64,000 nt of DNA from Gammaproteobacteria bacterium (lineage in GTDB: Bacteria > Pseudomonadota > Gammaproteobacteria > JAUZRS01): assembly GCA_030949385.1 (NCBI GenBank), contig JAUZSP010000003.1, positions 453,670 through 517,669 on the forward strand, in the 5' to 3' direction. The notes beneath the pieces were generated by a model. It was given only the letters and a program-made list of their open reading frames with translations, searched no databases and was not told the DNA's origin. A program made the position numbers and the translations under genes. Shown here piece by piece: positions 62,300-64,000 of this stretch (its first letter is position 1; every line of letters begins with the position of its first letter).

Positions 62300-62718
62300 T
62301 GATCGTTTATCGTGGTGATGTGTGAAAAGGGCGCATATGGAATGCGCCTCTACGAAAGGGTGGTTTATGAGTTCCCACGCAGGAGCATGGGAACTAGAAA
62401 TTGAATTCACGATGGTGGTTGGTCTTGGGCTTCCCACTTTGAAAAAGGGGGATTGAGGGGGATTTGCTTTTGTTTGTTTTTTGGCGCATTGCCCTTTGGT
62501 TAATGCGCCCTACGGGGCTCTTTTTGTGGGTAAAAAACAGGGCGCATATGGAATGCGCCCCTACGAAAGGGGGGGTATCGCCTTGTTTTGTAGGGGTTGA
62601 ATCCATTTCAACCCTGTTGCTGAAAGAAAATCTCCCCTTACCCCTCTTCATTTGCATGAGTTCCCACGCAGGAACATGGGAACTAGAAAAATTTGATCGT
62701 TTATCGTGATGACGTGTG
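62300..62718. repeat. Mosaic of REP-like palindromes flanked by imperfect direct repeats
   Basis: GTAG-type hairpins at 62329-62353, 62481-62513, 62540-62564 and 62590-62614; a 34-bp palindromic unit at 62367-62400 and 62656-62689; TGATCGTTTATCGTG at 62300 and 62694. Confidence 0.75.
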
Positions 62719-62881
62719 GAAAAAAAGGGGTGTTTTTCACAAGCTTGTGTTTTCTCTATTTTCTCTCTCTTCTTGTAATATTCGCCCTCATGGCTTGTGA
62801 GTGGTTGGCAGAAAGGCGTGTCGCTCCGTTGCGCTCGGTCATTGTCTGTTTAAATGGCGTTCTTTGTTTAAGGGGTAAATC

Positions 62882-62998
62882 ATGCTTGACCTGTTAGAGG
62901 ATATATTGGAAGGGTTGTCTGATCTGGAGGAGGTAGTCGAGGAGGTGGATGACGTTTTGGATCTGCTGTCGGATGTGTGGGATTTTTTTTCTGACTAA
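62882..62998 (+). CDS. Putative 38-aa highly acidic peptide
   Basis: AAGGGG RBS; MLDLLEDILEGLSDLEEVVEEVDDVLDLLSDVWDFFSD; below the size cut-off of the ORF track. Confidence 0.45.
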   Translation: MLDLLEDILEGLSDLEEVVEEVDDVLDLLSDVWDFFSD

Positions 62999-63009
62999 GG
63001 AGAAGGGTT

Positions 63010-63066
63010 GTGTGGTGGAAAGTGGTTTCAATATTGATTGTGGTGATCTGCAAAAGTCGCCGTTAA
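63010..63066 (+). CDS. Putative 18-aa hydrophobic peptide
   Basis: AAGGAG RBS overlapping the previous stop, GTG start; MWWKVVSILIVVICKSRR. Confidence 0.3.
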   Translation: MWWKVVSILIVVICKSRR

Positions 63067-63117
63067 TTCGGCCTTGAGCGGGGTGGTTTTTTTCTTTTTT
63101 TATGGGTAGGTGTTGCG

Positions 63118-63375
63118 ATGCGTAAGTTAAAAAAATGTCTGGTTGGGTTGTTGAAGGCCAAGGGGTTTAGCCCAACGTGTGTGGTGCTGGAGCCAGGTAA
63201 AAAACACCCCAAGGTGCGTAACACGGAGTCGGGCGATTGGATACCGATGCCAAAGACTCCTTCTGATTACCGTTCAATGGATAATTTTAAGGCGAGTTTA
63301 TTCCGTTTGGTGAACAGCGGTCAGGGGGTTATTTTTGCGCGTAAGGGCTGTCTGCCTTTTAGGGGCTGGGCGTAG
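63118..63375 (+). CDS. Small basic protein, HicA-like (putative RNase toxin)
   Basis: 85 aa; helix, then 'GF', 'GKKHPKV', 'PKTPSDYR..NF', resembling the HicA dsRBD-like fold; AGGT RBS. Confidence 0.55.
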   Translation: MRKLKKCLVGLLKAKGFSPTCVVLEPGKKHPKVRNTESGDWIPMPKTPSDYRSMDNFKASLFRLVNSGQGVIFARKGCLPFRGWA

Positions 63376-63499
63376 GTGACGATGATTTTTTGTGATGGTT
63401 AAGGTGTGTTTGTCGGTGTGTTTCGATCTCATCCCTTGCGGGGTGGTATTTTAAGTGTTAACTTTTTTGCGATTTTTTACTAAAAAAGAGGGTGTTATT

Positions 63500-64000
63500 T
63501 TGAATGCGAGCGTAAACGATACCGTATTGATTACTTTGTTGGGGCGCAGTAAAGAGAAAGCGCAAAGCTATCGGTCAGCACAATATAAATTTGATGATGA
63601 GAGCTTGAGTGAGGATGTGACCTTTTTTGGTTGGGCGTTGCAGCGCAAAATTCAGCCTGAGCGTTTGGTGCTGTTGGGTACGGAAGGCAGCATGTGGGAC
63701 AGCCTGTTTGAGCTGGATCTGGATTTTGGCAGCGAGTTGGAAGAGGAGCGTTTGGCGCTGCAAGAGGCGTGCGAGCAGAAAAAGGTGACGCAGCAGCAGT
63801 TGGATGCGTTGCAGCAGCCTTTGGCGCAGAAGTTGGGGGTGCGGGAGTTGCGCTTGCAGTTGATTCCGTATTGCCGCACGGAAAAACAGCAGGTGCGGTT
63901 GTTACAAATCATTGATAAACAGGTGCAAAAGGGCGATGAATTGCATCTGGATGTGACCCACGGTTTCCGGCATCTGCCGATGTTGGGTTTGTTGGCGGGG
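63500..64000 (+). CDS. csx1: CRISPR-associated CARF protein, Csx1/Csx2 (TIGR02221, DxTHG) family, 3' truncated by the window edge
   Basis: Open frame from TTG 63500 to the end: 'LITLLG', 'YRSAQYKF', 'TFFGWAL', 'LGTEGSMWD', 'LDVTHGFRHLPML'; GAGGG RBS. Confidence 0.85.
   Translation, partial: MNASVNDTVLITLLGRSKEKAQSYRSAQYKFDDESLSEDVTFFGWALQRKIQPERLVLLGTEGSMWDSLFELDLDFGSELEEERLALQEACEQKKVTQQQLDALQQPLAQKLGVRELRLQLIPYCRTEKQQVRLLQIIDKQVQKGDELHLDVTHGFRHLPMLGLLAG

Noticed and set aside
62300-62718. Possible CRISPR array next to csx1
   Set aside because: Repeats occur only twice each, at irregular spacing and from mixed families with GTAG-footed hairpins; this fits REP elements, not repeat-spacer periodicity
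62150-62897. Short ORFs called across the REP mosaic
   Set aside because: They translate repeat DNA, overlap on both strands and show no protein-like features

Overview
Chromosomal segment of a gammaproteobacterium, probably a sulfur-oxidising chemolithotroph (inferred from exported DsrE-like and SoxL-like rhodanese proteins). The housekeeping backbone is pepN, hrpA, pgm, htpX, znuABC, ppa, mrdA-rodA-mltB-rlpA-dacA-dat-ybeD-lipB-lipA, pteridine reductase, uppP and a LOG-family gene. Accessory content: (i) four GlyGly-CTERM surface proteins, three of them a tandem array of beta-propeller-tipped adhesins with variable tips, the last two sharing a near-identical 418-bp 3' end; (ii) a TPR/beta-barrel (Slam/DUF560-like) gene paired with a 2xLysM-FecR-barrel exported protein; (iii) an NtrC/IHF/sigma54-type nirBD-nasA operon whose nitrate reductase is followed by a DmsB/DmsC-type FeS-membrane-anchor fusion, suggesting quinol-fed assimilatory nitrate reduction; (iv) at the right edge, a REP mosaic, two micro-ORFs absent from the ORF track, a HicA-like gene and the truncated start of a Csx1-type CARF (DxTHG) gene, i.e. 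probably the edge of a type III CRISPR-Cas locus. Five genes carry single-base +1 frameshifts, most likely sequencing or assembly errors. No rRNA, tRNA or CRISPR array was seen. Family assignments come from motif recognition by eye; no database searches were run.
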